NCBI GenBank assembly: GCA_036679645.1
Contig: JAZDCY010000076.1
Coordinates: forward strand, 1-64,000
From: Gemmatimonadota bacterium
Lineage (GTDB): Bacteria; Gemmatimonadota; Gemmatimonadetes; Gemmatimonadales; GWC2-71-9
Direction of reading: 5' to 3'
Length of the DNA: 64,000 nucleotides
In this document: piece after piece, positions 39,375 through 49,906 of the stretch
Position numbering within the stretch: position 1 is the stretch's first letter
Layout of the letters: every line of letters begins with the position of its first letter
The notes under the pieces: generated by a model
What the model was told of the DNA's origin: nothing
The model's input: the letters and a program-made list of their open reading frames with translations, nothing else
Database searches by the model: none
Made by a program: the position numbers and the translations under genes

Positions 39375-40706
39375 ATGTGGCTTCTTCCCGTCTTGTCCCT
39401 GGCGAGCCGCGTGGCCGCCCACGTTTACTACCGCCTCACGGTGGTGGGGGAGCGCGTCCCGAAGACCGGTCCCGCGCTGCTCGTCGCCAACCACCCGAAC
39501 TCGCTGCTCGATCCCGTGCTCGTCGCCGCCACCGCCCGACGGCCGGTGCGGTTCCTGGCCAAGGCGCCGCTCTTCTCCGACCGCAAGGTCGGCTGGTTGG
39601 TGCGCGGATCGGGCTCGATTCCCGTGTACCGCAAGATTGACGAGCCGGCGGCGATGGGTCGCAACACCGACATGTTTCGCGCCGTGCACGAGGCGCTCGG
39701 CCGGGGCGACGCGGTAGGGATATTTCCGGAGGGGATCAGTCACAGTGATCCTTCTATCGCACCGTTGAAGACGGGAGCGGCACGAATGGCGCTCGGCGCG
39801 TTCGCCCTGACCAACGAGCCGTTTCCCATCGTGCCGGTCGGCCTCGTGTTCCGGCGCAAGGACACCTTTCGCTCCGCGGCGCACGTCGTCGTCGGGGCCG
39901 AAGTCTCCTGGTCGGACCTGGCATCGCGCCGTGTTGACGATCAGGAAGCGGTGCGCGAACTCACGAGGCGCATCGGCGTCGCGCTCAGGAGCGTCACGGT
40001 GAATCTCGAACAGTGGGCGGATCAACCGATTGCCGAATGCGCGGTCCGGATATGGGAGGCCGAGTTCGAAGCGGACCGCGACTGGGTGGGACGCGTCGCC
40101 CGTCTCGAGATTACCACCAAGCTGCTGGCGCAAGTGCGTGCCGAACGCTCGCAGGCGGGTTTAGTACTGGTGAGCGAGGTGGCGAAACACGCGCGCCGGC
40201 TCGATCGGTTCCGGCTCCGCCCGGCCGACCTTACCGCCAACGTCAGTTTGAAGCGCGCGACACGCTGGACGCTCACACGTATCCCGCTATTCGCCATCCC
40301 GGCGACGCTCGCCGCCGTCGTCGGCTACCTGTTGTTTTGGGTCCCGTTCCAGGCAACCGGCCGCATCGTCGGTCTGTTCCATACCGATCCGGATCAGCTC
40401 TCCACCTATAAGCTGTTGGTGGGGATCGCAACCTACGCGCTCTGGGTGTTGCTGGTCGCCGCGGTTGCCGGGCTGGTCGCGGGCCCGTTGGTGGGGCTCG
40501 TCCTCTTGCCGCTGGTGCCCACGGTCGGTATGGTCGGGCTCGCGATCAGGGAGCGGTGGCGCGGGCTCTGGGCCGATGCCCGCCGGTTCTTCCTCCTGCG
40601 ATCGCGCGGTGAGCAGGTGCGTTCGCTCCACGATCATCAGGCGAAGCTGGCACAACGCCTGAAGGCACTCTACGACGACACGCTCGCGAAAGGGACCTCC
40701 GGATGA
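39375..40706 (+). CDS. Lysophospholipid/glycerol-phosphate acyltransferase
   Basis: NHPNSLLD (NHx4D), FLAK, FPEG and C-terminal TMs. Confidence 0.9.
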   Translation: MWLLPVLSLASRVAAHVYYRLTVVGERVPKTGPALLVANHPNSLLDPVLVAATARRPVRFLAKAPLFSDRKVGWLVRGSGSIPVYRKIDEPAAMGRNTDMFRAVHEALGRGDAVGIFPEGISHSDPSIAPLKTGAARMALGAFALTNEPFPIVPVGLVFRRKDTFRSAAHVVVGAEVSWSDLASRRVDDQEAVRELTRRIGVALRSVTVNLEQWADQPIAECAVRIWEAEFEADRDWVGRVARLEITTKLLAQVRAERSQAGLVLVSEVAKHARRLDRFRLRPADLTANVSLKRATRWTLTRIPLFAIPATLAAVVGYLLFWVPFQATGRIVGLFHTDPDQLSTYKLLVGIATYALWVLLVAAVAGLVAGPLVGLVLLPLVPTVGMVGLAIRERWRGLWADARRFFLLRSRGEQVRSLHDHQAKLAQRLKALYDDTLAKGTSG

Positions 40707-42004
40707 CCGCACCTCCACAGCCGGCTGCGCCTCGCGATCAGCCCAAGGTCATCTTCTCCTGGGCGCTGTACGACTGGGCCAATTCCGCGTTCACGACGCT
40801 CGTCGTGACGTTCGTCTACTCGTATTACTTCACCGAGGCCATTGCGGCCGACGCGGTGACCGGCACGACGCAGTGGTCGTGGGCGATTGCCGCGAGTGCC
40901 ATCCTCATCGCCCTCTTGTCGCCGGTGATGGGGGCCATGGCCGACCGCGGCGGCAAGCGCCGCGTGTACCTCGCTATGACGACCGCGACCTGTGTGATCG
41001 CGACGGCCGCGCTCGCGTTCGTGAAGCCCGGCGTCGAGTCGGCCGTGCTGATCACGCTCACCATCTTCGTGATTGCCAACGTCGCGTTCGAGATGGGCAT
41101 GGTGTTCTACAACGCCTTTTTACCGACGATCGCCTCCCGTGAGAAGATCGGGCGCGTTTCGGGTTACGGGTGGGGATTGGGATATGTAGGCGGGTCGCTG
41201 TGCATGGTCATTGCGCTAGTTGGTTTCGTCCAGCCCGAGGTTCCCTGGTTCGGCATCAGTACCGCAGAGGGGTTCAATGTCCGGGCAACCAACCTGCTGG
41301 TAGCTGTCTGGTTCCTCGTTTTCAGTATCCCGTTATTCCTGTTCGTACCAGAGAAGCCGATGCCCGGTGCGCCGCTGAACTTGACCGGCGCGTTTCGCGA
41401 ATTGGGGCAGACGTTGCGCGCCATACGGCGGTACGGTGAGGTAGCGAGATTCCTGCTCGCGCGGCTGGTCTACAACGATGGGCTCGTAACGGTTTTCGCG
41501 TTCGGTGGGATCTACGCCGGGGGAACGTTCGGCATGCCGCTCTCCGAGGTGATCGTGTTTGGCATTGCGATCAACGTTGCCGCGGGCCTCGGAGCGTTGG
41601 TGTTCGGGTTCGTCGATGACAAGATTGGCGGCAAGAAGACGGTGATGATCACGCTGGTCGCGCTGAGTGGCGCCACCGTCCTCGCGGTGCTCGCACCCAA
41701 CAAGACGTGGTTCTGGGTTGCCGGCATGCTGATCGGGATCTTCGTGGGGCCCAACCAGTCCGCGAGCCGCTCGCTCATGGCTCGCTTCGTCCCGGACAAG
41801 CATCAGGCCGAGTTCTTCGGCTTCTTTGCGTTCTCGGGCAAGGCGACGGCGTTCCTTGGCCCGATCCTGCTGGGAACATTTACAGGCCTGTTCGACAGTC
41901 AGCGTGCCGGAGTTGCGACCGTGCTGATCTTCTTCGTGGTGGGCGGCGCGCTCTTGACCACGGTCAGCGAGGCACGGGGCGTAGCGGCCGGCGGCCAAGC
42001 ATAG
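40703..42004 (+). CDS. MFS transporter (UMF1/ATG22-like)
   Basis: 'SWALYDWANSAF', 'FYNAFLP' and 'QSASRSLM..FVP....EFFGF'. Confidence 0.9.
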   Translation: MTAPPQPAAPRDQPKVIFSWALYDWANSAFTTLVVTFVYSYYFTEAIAADAVTGTTQWSWAIAASAILIALLSPVMGAMADRGGKRRVYLAMTTATCVIATAALAFVKPGVESAVLITLTIFVIANVAFEMGMVFYNAFLPTIASREKIGRVSGYGWGLGYVGGSLCMVIALVGFVQPEVPWFGISTAEGFNVRATNLLVAVWFLVFSIPLFLFVPEKPMPGAPLNLTGAFRELGQTLRAIRRYGEVARFLLARLVYNDGLVTVFAFGGIYAGGTFGMPLSEVIVFGIAINVAAGLGALVFGFVDDKIGGKKTVMITLVALSGATVLAVLAPNKTWFWVAGMLIGIFVGPNQSASRSLMARFVPDKHQAEFFGFFAFSGKATAFLGPILLGTFTGLFDSQRAGVATVLIFFVVGGALLTTVSEARGVAAGGQA

Positions 42005-42005
42005 C

Positions 42006-43508
42006 CTAGTCTACATGTCCCATGATCTTCTTCACACCCGGGCTGACGAGTAGCGCGAACAGGCCGGCACCGCCGACGAGTATCGCAACGGTACGGAACA
42101 GTGCCGTCGGAACAAGTGTTTCGAGCTGACCTGCCACCAGACCTGCGAACAAGTTGCCGAGCGCCGCACCCACGAACCAGATACCCATCATCTGACCGAC
42201 GCGGTGTTTCGGTGCCAGCTTGGTGATAGACGATAGCCCGACCGGCGAGATCGCCAGCTCGCCCACCGTATGCAGGAAGTACATCACGATCAGCCAGGCA
42301 ACAGAAGCGCCGTGCTCCGGCGTCGCGTTGGCAGCACCCCAGGCGATCACGAAGAACCCCGCCGACAGGCCCAGCAACCCGAGTCCGAACTTCACCGGAA
42401 TCGAAGGGTTCGCGTTCCGCTGTGCGAGCCACACCCACATCGTGCCGAACACCGGCGCCAGAAGGATGATGAACGTCGAATTCACCGACTGTAGGAAACC
42501 AGCGGGCATCAGCCACCCAAAGATGCTTCGGTTGGTGAGGTCTTGAGCAAACAGGTTGAGCGATGAGCCGGCCTGCTCGAACCCGGACCAGAAGATCGCG
42601 ATGAGAACGAACAGCCACAGGATCACGAACAGCTTTTTCTTCTCGTCCGTGTTATGACCGCCGAATGCCATGAGGTAGGCGAAGAACAGTCCGACCATGA
42701 TGAGGATTCCCGCCCCGAGTGCACGGGCAATCTGAACCAGCGTAACATTGAGGGTGCCGTTGTAGACGAGGAACACGAAGAGCCCGAGAGCGACCGCAAC
42801 GGCCGCACAGGAGCCGAAGAACTTGCGGCTCAGCGCGGCCAACTGGTTGCTGTCCAGATTGGTGTCGAGGTGGCCGCAATCGCCCAGATAGTGAGCGCCC
42901 ATCCGGTATTGAATCAGGCCTAGCACCATGCCGACGCCCGCTACGCCAAAGCCCCAGTGCCAGTGGTAGCCTTCGCCGAGGAACGAGCAGATGAGCGGGC
43001 CGACGAGCGCGCCGAGATTGATGCCCATGTAGAACACCGAAAAACCGGCGTCACGACGGGCGCCACCCTCTGGGTATAGGTCCGCGACCACCGTGCTCAC
43101 GTTCGGTTTGAGCAGGCCCGTGCCCAGTATGATCAACAAGAGCCCGGCGTAGAAGCTCACCTCGAGCCCGAGAGCCATGCTGAAGTGACCGGCGGCGATG
43201 AAGCAGCCGCCAACGAAGACCGCTTTGCGCTGGCCCCACAGGTTGTCCGCCACCCATCCACCGGGAAGGCCGAGCAGGTACACCAGGCTGGTGTACAGGC
43301 CGTAGATGGCGGCGGCCGTGCCGACATCCAGACCCATCCCCGGGTTGGCACCGGTCGTGGCCGCGGTCATGAAAAGGATGAGCAGCGCGCGCATCCCATA
43401 GTAGGAGAACCGTTCCCACATTTCGGTGAAGAACAGCGTGGCCAAGCCGCGCGGGTGCCCGAAGAACGTCTTCTCTGTAAGCGCTCGACCGCTCGCAGGA
43501 CTCGTCAT
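42006..43508 (-). CDS. dtpT: POT family di/tripeptide:H+ symporter
   Basis: 'FFGHPRGL..LFFTEMWERFSYYGMRA' and 'FYMGINLG'. Confidence 0.93.
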   Translation of the reverse strand: MTSPASGRALTEKTFFGHPRGLATLFFTEMWERFSYYGMRALLILFMTAATTGANPGMGLDVGTAAAIYGLYTSLVYLLGLPGGWVADNLWGQRKAVFVGGCFIAAGHFSMALGLEVSFYAGLLLIILGTGLLKPNVSTVVADLYPEGGARRDAGFSVFYMGINLGALVGPLICSFLGEGYHWHWGFGVAGVGMVLGLIQYRMGAHYLGDCGHLDTNLDSNQLAALSRKFFGSCAAVAVALGLFVFLVYNGTLNVTLVQIARALGAGILIMVGLFFAYLMAFGGHNTDEKKKLFVILWLFVLIAIFWSGFEQAGSSLNLFAQDLTNRSIFGWLMPAGFLQSVNSTFIILLAPVFGTMWVWLAQRNANPSIPVKFGLGLLGLSAGFFVIAWGAANATPEHGASVAWLIVMYFLHTVGELAISPVGLSSITKLAPKHRVGQMMGIWFVGAALGNLFAGLVAGQLETLVPTALFRTVAILVGGAGLFALLVSPGVKKIMGHVD

Positions 43509-43704
43509 ATGCTATGCCCAGTCCAATCCGTTGAGGTGTGTGTGGTCACGTTTCGGCCAGACTGCAATCCGGCATCGCTCGAACGTAGCATTCTGGATAC
43601 TGGATAGGAACTTGCGCCAGCCGCTACACCATCTAGTGCCGGCGTCGTGGCGACCGTGCCGTGCATGCATGGGTTTGGCGGAGGAAGCGCCTCGTCATAG
43701 CGGT

Positions 43705-43837
43705 TAAGCGCTGAATAGACAATGTAAATAGGCGAAACCGCTACTCTAAGCGCTGGGAGCAACCAAAAAGGCTTGACAGTAGCGCTTATGCCAATAATAC
43801 TTAGCTATATTATGCGTAACAGCTACATTAAGCCACT
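43705..43837 (+). promoter_or_regulatory. AT-rich promoter/operator region of the HipA-like gene
   Basis: TTGACA at 43773; TAAGCGCT twice and AGCGCTTA; AGCTA(T/C)ATTA direct repeat; TACATT 8 nt before the ATG. Confidence 0.6.
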
Positions 43838-45748
43838 ATGGCAATTTTCATAGGCCACTCAACAAACGCCAACAGAGCGCTCCGAGTCGCGGCGACACGT
43901 GGGCGCGTGCGTCAGCTTGCCCGCCGCATCTACTCGAGCGACTTCGATCGAGACCCGGAGATCCAGATTCGAGAGAATCTGCTCGGGATCTTGGGGCGAC
44001 TCCTCCCGGACTGGCATCTGTCGTACATCTCCGCCGTCACTTTGGCTCCGGTTGGTGGCCTGGTGTTTGTCTCAGGACCCGTCTCCAATTATCGCCGCAT
44101 CACTCTCCCGGGCGTTACCGTCGTGCGGCAAAAGGACATGCGATATCCGGAGATCGCATGGATTGAGGCACCGACCCTTATCGGAACGACGTTGGAGAAT
44201 GATCCAGAGGTGGTAAGAGTTGGGCTCTCGAGTCCACTCCAAGCTGTGTTCGAATGTCTTCGACCTGCCCGACGGTACAAGGAGAAGCAGCTACCGAATA
44301 CAAAACTCGTAGAGCTTGCCCGAGATCTTAGCGTGGCTGATCGCACCCGCGCAGAATCGTTCGCTACCCGCAACGAACTGAAGACCGAATTGGCACGATT
44401 CACGAGCCTACTTGAAGCGGCTGATGCAGGTGACGCACTGTCAATTCGGCGACCAAATAGACTGCAGGCGTTCTTTTACGGATGGAAGATTGGTAGCCTG
44501 ACCGCGCTGGGGACGCGTGAGTTCCGCTTCGAGTATGCGGCTGATTGGGATGTCGAGCTGTCGCGAGAGCTGCCGCTGAACTCTGATCAACGAGCCAGTT
44601 ATGAGGGACCGCGTCTTCCGTCTTTTTTTGAGAATCTGCTTCCGGAGGGTTGGACCGAGAGTTGGCTCAGCGCTGCGCACAAGATCGCCCGTGACGACGT
44701 GTTTGGAATGCTCACGACTACATCGAAGTACCTGAGCAACATCACGCTGCGCTCTCCCGAATTCACACCGAGCGAACTGGTATTCGACACACACTCAGCA
44801 TTACTCAAAGACGTTGCGCCCCGGCGTGACGTAGTGCTGAGAGTAGGTGATGAGATTAGCGAAGACCCTGAGAGCCGGGATCTGTGGATGGCGCTTCGCA
44901 ATCAGGGTGGCGTGCGACTATCGGGCATCCAACCGAAGCTACCGATATCGATGGTAATCAAGAGGGGACGACCGCTTCTTCGTCTTGGTGGAGTCCGGAC
45001 CGCCTGCGGACACATACTCAAGCTGGAATCGGCAGTATACCCGAACCTGATTGAGAATGAATGGGCGACCATGGACTTGGCTCGGCGTATTGGAATGACC
45101 ACTCCCGACTTCAGACTTGTCGAGTTCGAGTCTAGGAGTCGACTCCGAGGACGCGGATTGTTGATCGAGCGATTCGACATCCCTAAGGAGGAATCGCCTC
45201 TAGCCATTGTCGAGGACGTGTGCTCGCGGATGCTGCTCCAGCGTAGCGAAAAGTACACCGTGTCCCTCGAGCGGGTCACGAGCGCCCTCCAAGACGCCGG
45301 CCTTCCCGCAGAGGCTAACAACACCGGTCTGTGGGGATTCTTCAGGCATGTGTTGTTCTCGTGGATCATCGGGAACGGAGATCTGCACACCAAGAATATC
45401 TCCATAGTCCGTTGGATGAACCCAGGTCAATTGGGATCGAGCCCGACTTCACAAGGGGTCGAGTATTCGCCGGTGTATGATCTGCTCAACACGCGCCTGC
45501 CGTTGCCAGGAGATCAATTTGCGTTGACGATCAACGGACGCCGAGACCGTTTACGGATTCGCGATCTCGAGGTGCTCGCGACTCGTTGGGGCGGTGGGAC
45601 AGATCAGGTGAGAGATGTCGCGGGGACAATGGTCGAGTCTGTGTTCGATCAACTGGATGACGTTCTGGAGGCATCCCTCATGCACGATAGCGAACGTGAT
45701 CGATATCGGCGCGTCGTAGAGGAAAACGTCAGTCAGCTGCGCATCTAA
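43838..45748 (+). CDS. hipA: HipA-family kinase with a long N-terminal extension
   Basis: HipA N-couple 'FFENLLPEG', 'LSGIQPK', 'HILK', 'LLIERFD', 'GNGDLHTKN' and 'SPVYDL'. Confidence 0.88.
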   Translation: MAIFIGHSTNANRALRVAATRGRVRQLARRIYSSDFDRDPEIQIRENLLGILGRLLPDWHLSYISAVTLAPVGGLVFVSGPVSNYRRITLPGVTVVRQKDMRYPEIAWIEAPTLIGTTLENDPEVVRVGLSSPLQAVFECLRPARRYKEKQLPNTKLVELARDLSVADRTRAESFATRNELKTELARFTSLLEAADAGDALSIRRPNRLQAFFYGWKIGSLTALGTREFRFEYAADWDVELSRELPLNSDQRASYEGPRLPSFFENLLPEGWTESWLSAAHKIARDDVFGMLTTTSKYLSNITLRSPEFTPSELVFDTHSALLKDVAPRRDVVLRVGDEISEDPESRDLWMALRNQGGVRLSGIQPKLPISMVIKRGRPLLRLGGVRTACGHILKLESAVYPNLIENEWATMDLARRIGMTTPDFRLVEFESRSRLRGRGLLIERFDIPKEESPLAIVEDVCSRMLLQRSEKYTVSLERVTSALQDAGLPAEANNTGLWGFFRHVLFSWIIGNGDLHTKNISIVRWMNPGQLGSSPTSQGVEYSPVYDLLNTRLPLPGDQFALTINGRRDRLRIRDLEVLATRWGGGTDQVRDVAGTMVESVFDQLDDVLEASLMHDSERDRYRRVVEENVSQLRI

Positions 45749-45838
45749 GGAGCCTGCTTGCTTCCGCATGAGAGACACTTTGCGCGGGCGCCGGGATCCA
45801 ACGTGATCGGCTGTGGGGTGACCTCAGCTCACAACGCA

Positions 45839-46579
45839 TCACTCCCAGCGAAACGCTTTCGTCGACACCGCGCTACACACCACGAAGACGACTACCAGTC
45901 CCAACACGTTCCCCCAATGCGCTCCCCAACCCGCGCCATCCCAGATTCCCTGCATGAGCCCCACGGCGTGTGTAGTGGGGAGCATGTTCGCGACGATCCG
46001 CCAGCCGGTTGGGAGCGACTCGATTGGAAAGAACAGCCCGGACAAGGGGATCATCGGATAGAGCAAGACACTGCCGATTGGTTGTGCGAAGCGAGCGGTC
46101 GGCACGATGCTCGAGATCACGAATCCCACGGATAGGATGCTCAGCGTTCCCAGCAGGAGCGCCAGGGTGAAGCTCCACAGATTCACGTCGATGGCGCCGG
46201 GAAAGAACTGTCGGCCCGCGAAAACCAGCAGGATCAGGCCAACCACCGTGAAGAGCAGTTTCACGAAGACGTGCGCTCCCAAGATCGTCAGCGGCGACAG
46301 CGGCGTAGCCCTGAGCCGCTTCAGGATGCCGCCTTCCCGGTAGATCGTGATGATCGCGACGAGCGAGAGCGCGGCTCCGACGGCGATGAAGAGCGCGGCC
46401 AGGATCGGGAGATTCAAGGTCACCGTCTGCGGGGTGTCCACCCTTGGGCGGTCCCGGAACACTCTTCCGAGCATCACGTAGATCAGGACGGGGATCCCAA
46501 GCGTCCCGATCACACCCATCGGCTCGCGCATGAAGACTTTGATCTCTACCCAGGTCAGCTTCCAGAATCCGGTCATCAT
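45839..46579 (-). CDS. ABC-2 type permease
   Basis: 'YREGGILKRLRATPL' and 'LSGLFFPIESLP'. Confidence 0.92.
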   Translation of the reverse strand: MMTGFWKLTWVEIKVFMREPMGVIGTLGIPVLIYVMLGRVFRDRPRVDTPQTVTLNLPILAALFIAVGAALSLVAIITIYREGGILKRLRATPLSPLTILGAHVFVKLLFTVVGLILLVFAGRQFFPGAIDVNLWSFTLALLLGTLSILSVGFVISSIVPTARFAQPIGSVLLYPMIPLSGLFFPIESLPTGWRIVANMLPTTHAVGLMQGIWDGAGWGAHWGNVLGLVVVFVVCSAVSTKAFRWE

Positions 46580-46584
46580 GGCGA

Positions 46585-47502
46585 TCAGTCCCGAATTCGG
46601 TGGCCGGTGAGCTTCAGAAACACGTCTTCGAGGTTCGGCAGTTCGGTACGGAAGCCGGTTACGTGTATCTCTTCGGTCGCGATGGCGTGGATGACGTTGG
46701 TCACGAAGTCGTCTCCGGTGCCCTGGAGTGTGTAGGTCTTCTCGTCGCAGGTCACGTTGTCGATTCCGAGGATTCTCTCCAGCTTGTCTTGCACTCCTTC
46801 GCCCTCACTGGAGAACACGACACCCCGTTGGGGGCAATGCCGCTGCACCAGCTCCTTGGGCGTCCCCGTCTCGATCAACCTACCGTGCTCGATTATGGCC
46901 ACCCGATCACACAGGCGCTCGGCCTCTTCCATCAGGTGGGTCGTCAAAAAAACGGTCTTGCCACGATCGCGGATGCCGTTGATGAGTTGCCAGATTGCGC
47001 GGCGGGCTTGCGGGTCGAGCCCGGTGGTCAACTCGTCGAGGAAGACGACCTCCGGATCGTGGATCAGCGCGAGCGCGACGAAGAGTCGCTGTTTCTGTCC
47101 ACCCGATAGCGTCATGAACCAGGCGTTGCGCTTCTCGGTGAGGCCGAGTTGGTCCAGCAGGGCCTCCGTGTCCACCACGCCTGGGTAGAGGGCGGACCAG
47201 AGATCGATGGCCTCCCAGACCTTGATACGCTTCTGGAGGTGTGCCTCCTGATGTTGCACACCGATCCGTTCCTGCAGCGCCCGGGCGTCCTTGCGCGGAT
47301 CGAGACCGAGTACCGAAACGTCTCCCTCGTCCCACTTTCTGAGACCCTCCACGCACTCCATCGTCGTGGTCTTGCCGGCACCGTTGGGCCCGATCAGGCC
47401 GAAGATCTCTCCTTGGTGGACAACGAGCGAGACGTCCGCGACGGCGACGGTCGAGCCGTACCGTTTTCTTAAGCGCGAGACTCGGATTACGGGATCGATC
47501 AT
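46585..47502 (-). CDS. ABC ATP-binding protein (DrrA-like)
   Basis: GPNGAGKTT, LSGGQKQR, DELTTGLD and TTHLMEEAE. Confidence 0.94.
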   Translation of the reverse strand: MIDPVIRVSRLRKRYGSTVAVADVSLVVHQGEIFGLIGPNGAGKTTTMECVEGLRKWDEGDVSVLGLDPRKDARALQERIGVQHQEAHLQKRIKVWEAIDLWSALYPGVVDTEALLDQLGLTEKRNAWFMTLSGGQKQRLFVALALIHDPEVVFLDELTTGLDPQARRAIWQLINGIRDRGKTVFLTTHLMEEAERLCDRVAIIEHGRLIETGTPKELVQRHCPQRGVVFSSEGEGVQDKLERILGIDNVTCDEKTYTLQGTGDDFVTNVIHAIATEEIHVTGFRTELPNLEDVFLKLTGHRIRD

Positions 47503-47510
47503 GTCCACCT

Positions 47511-47536
47511 TACGGGCATATGGGCCGGAAGCTTCA
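47511..47536 (-). promoter_or_regulatory. ECF sigma (sigmaW-like) promoter
   Basis: Minus strand reads TGAAGC-N16-CGTA just before the start codon. Confidence 0.5.
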
Positions 47537-47581
47537 GACGCAGTCCACGTCCAACGGGTCAGCTGTCGGACAGCGCTTAGA

Positions 47582-48769
47582 TCACGGGGCTAGCATCACG
47601 CGGACGGGTGTCACGCGGTCTTGCATTTCTCCGTCACCGAGTTGTCCGAACCTGCCAAAGCCCCAGCACCAAATTGCTCCATCCACTGACAGGCCGCACG
47701 TATGGGCGGCTCCAGCGCTGATCTCGACGAATTGCGCTTCGCCCGCCACAGATACCGGACTGTCCGCGTCATCGAGGCTACCGTCCCCGAGCTGCCCCAG
47801 GAAGTTGAGCCCCCAACAGTATGCGACCCCGCCAGCGGTAATCCCGCAGCCGTGTTCGCCACCGAGCGCGAGCGAGACGAACGACAGCGAGTCGGCCACG
47901 GCTACAGGGAGCAGGCGATCGCCCGTCACCCCGAGCCCTAGCTGACCGCGATCGTTGCTACCCCAACACCTCAAGCGGTCGCTGACTGTCAGCGTACAGC
48001 TCCGGCCGCCACCGGCCGCCACGGCGCGCGCTTGCAATGGGTCGGCCACGCGCACGGGCACGTCGCCCGAGCGTGTAGTGCCGTCCCCTAGGGCTCCGTG
48101 ACTGTTGACGCCCCAACAGAGCGCCGTTCCCGAGGCGGTGAGCGCGCAGGCGTGTTGTCTCCCCACGCTCACGCTGATCCACTCGTTGGACTGGAGCGCG
48201 ACAGGCGCTAGCGCATCATCTCCCGATCCTGTCCCGAGCTGTCCCCCGTTGCTGGTACCCCAGCAGTAGAGCCGCCCGTCGCGGCTCACGCCACAGGTTC
48301 CCTCCGTGCTTGCCCGAACATCCTGAAAGGCGATTCCGCCAGTCACCGCCACAGGTACGCTGCTTCCCTCGCGTGTTCCCGTACCGAGTTGCCCCGCAGC
48401 CCCTTCACCCCAGCAGTACGCGGCACCGTCGAGGGCAACCGCGCACGTATGATTGACGCCAGCGGAAACGGATTGATAGGACCGGTCTCCCTCGACCCGG
48501 ACCGGTAGTGCTGTAGTGGTGGTGGTTCCGTCGCCAAGCTGCCCAAAGGTGTTGCGACCCCAACAGCGTGCCGACCCATTCGCTGCAAGTGCACAGGTAT
48601 GCTCAGAGCCGGCGCTCACCGCGAACGGGGCGTCATCTGAAGGAGCCGTTGGATGTTCTCCTCCGCAGGATAGGACCAGACCTCCGAGGAGAGCTCTCAC
48701 CAGGCTGCGCAGCCGACATGTGCGCGTCAACCCACGCCCGAGCGTCGACGTATCTCGAACGTACCTCAT
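47582..48769 (-). CDS. RCC1/BLIP-II repeat lipoprotein
   Basis: VLSC lipobox and seven 'HTC....G...CWG.N..GQLG.G' repeats. Confidence 0.9.
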   Translation of the reverse strand: MRYVRDTSTLGRGLTRTCRLRSLVRALLGGLVLSCGGEHPTAPSDDAPFAVSAGSEHTCALAANGSARCWGRNTFGQLGDGTTTTTALPVRVEGDRSYQSVSAGVNHTCAVALDGAAYCWGEGAAGQLGTGTREGSSVPVAVTGGIAFQDVRASTEGTCGVSRDGRLYCWGTSNGGQLGTGSGDDALAPVALQSNEWISVSVGRQHACALTASGTALCWGVNSHGALGDGTTRSGDVPVRVADPLQARAVAAGGGRSCTLTVSDRLRCWGSNDRGQLGLGVTGDRLLPVAVADSLSFVSLALGGEHGCGITAGGVAYCWGLNFLGQLGDGSLDDADSPVSVAGEAQFVEISAGAAHTCGLSVDGAIWCWGFGRFGQLGDGEMQDRVTPVRVMLAP

Positions 48770-48996
48770 CGTCGGTACCGCCGTTCATAGTACTCGCGTG
48801 CGGCTTCGGCGCACGCCGTGTCCTCGACGAACCAGGCCTCGCCCCTGTCGACGAGCCACTCGCGTTCTGCGGGATCCCGTGCCGGTCTCGTCATTCCGCG
48901 CGTGTCAAACCGGCGCAGGATCTTCCTCAATGCCTCCCGTCGCGCGTCCCACGTTCGCCGAAGTTCCGTGAGGTCCAACAGTTCAGGCTGGCTCAT
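48766..48996 (-). CDS. Small basic hypothetical protein, partner of the upstream NTase
   Basis: 76 aa; 4-bp overlaps with both neighbours. Confidence 0.6.
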   Translation of the reverse strand: MSQPELLDLTELRRTWDARREALRKILRRFDTRGMTRPARDPAEREWLVDRGEAWFVEDTACAEAAREYYERRYRR

Positions 48997-49649
48997 GTGG
49001 CCGTATCCTCCTCACCCGCATCTTGGCCCTGCCTGAGGCGCTCAAGCAAGCGCCGGAGTTCCTCATCGCTCACGACCACGTCCCGCTCAGAGAGCGTGCG
49101 GAGCGCGTCCAGTGCATCCTCGGCGCCTTCCGTTCGCACGCGCTTCCGCAGCATGTGCTCATCCAGTGAGGCACCGAAGAGCGCGAGGAGGGCGATCGCC
49201 TGGGCGCCGTATGCGGTTGCGCCCCAGTGTCTGTAGCCGATAATCCGATCCGCTAGGACGACTTCCCGTCGTACCAGGCGAAGCGTCAGCGAACCCACGC
49301 TTACAACCTCGACCGGATCGGGCATGACATGTCCGGGTACCTCGACGAACACGTCGCCAAGTACCCAGTGACGACCCCGCCGCGAGAAGCCGAAGTCCGT
49401 GAGGGCAACATCGAGATCCTCCCGTGTCCTCCCCTCGACCACGAGATCGATATCGCTGGTGGTGTACACGTCCGATGCGTAAAACTCAATCGCTCCGCCA
49501 CCGACGAGAGTTGCCTGCATTCCGCGCTGTCGCAGCAACTCAGAGATGACGGCGGCGGCTACGGTCAGCTTCTCGACGTGTGGCTGGTCGCTCGCCAATG
49601 TCCGATCGAACAGATCCCGCAGTTCCGCCGCGGTCACGGGCTCTGGCAT
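48993..49649 (-). CDS. Pol-beta-like nucleotidyltransferase (DUF6036-like)
   Basis: '[10 protein letters not shown]....YTTSDIDLV' (GG...DxD). Confidence 0.75.
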   Translation of the reverse strand: MPEPVTAAELRDLFDRTLASDQPHVEKLTVAAAVISELLRQRGMQATLVGGGAIEFYASDVYTTSDIDLVVEGRTREDLDVALTDFGFSRRGRHWVLGDVFVEVPGHVMPDPVEVVSVGSLTLRLVRREVVLADRIIGYRHWGATAYGAQAIALLALFGASLDEHMLRKRVRTEGAEDALDALRTLSERDVVVSDEELRRLLERLRQGQDAGEEDTAT

Positions 49650-49906
49650 CCGTCCGTTTCGCCCGAATCGAACAGCGGCAGGATATGCGGGTGCTGGAGA
49701 TTCGCGGTGGTCTTGATCTCCTGCACGAACCGCTCAGCGCCAAGCACGGCGGCGAGTTCAGGGCGCAGCACCTTGATGGCGACCTTGCGGTCGTGTTTGA
49801 TGTCGTGCGCGAGATAGACGGTGGCCATGCCACCGGCGCCGAGTTCGCGCTCGATCGTGTAGCGGCCGGCGAGGGCGGTGGCGAGGCGGGGGGTGATCTC
49901 GGTCAT
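49634..49906 (-). pseudogene. eSTK 5' remnant (subdomains I-IV, 90 aa)
   Basis: RYTIERELG...FDSGE is identical in protein to the 28773 kinase, then breaks into the NTase gene. Confidence 0.92.
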
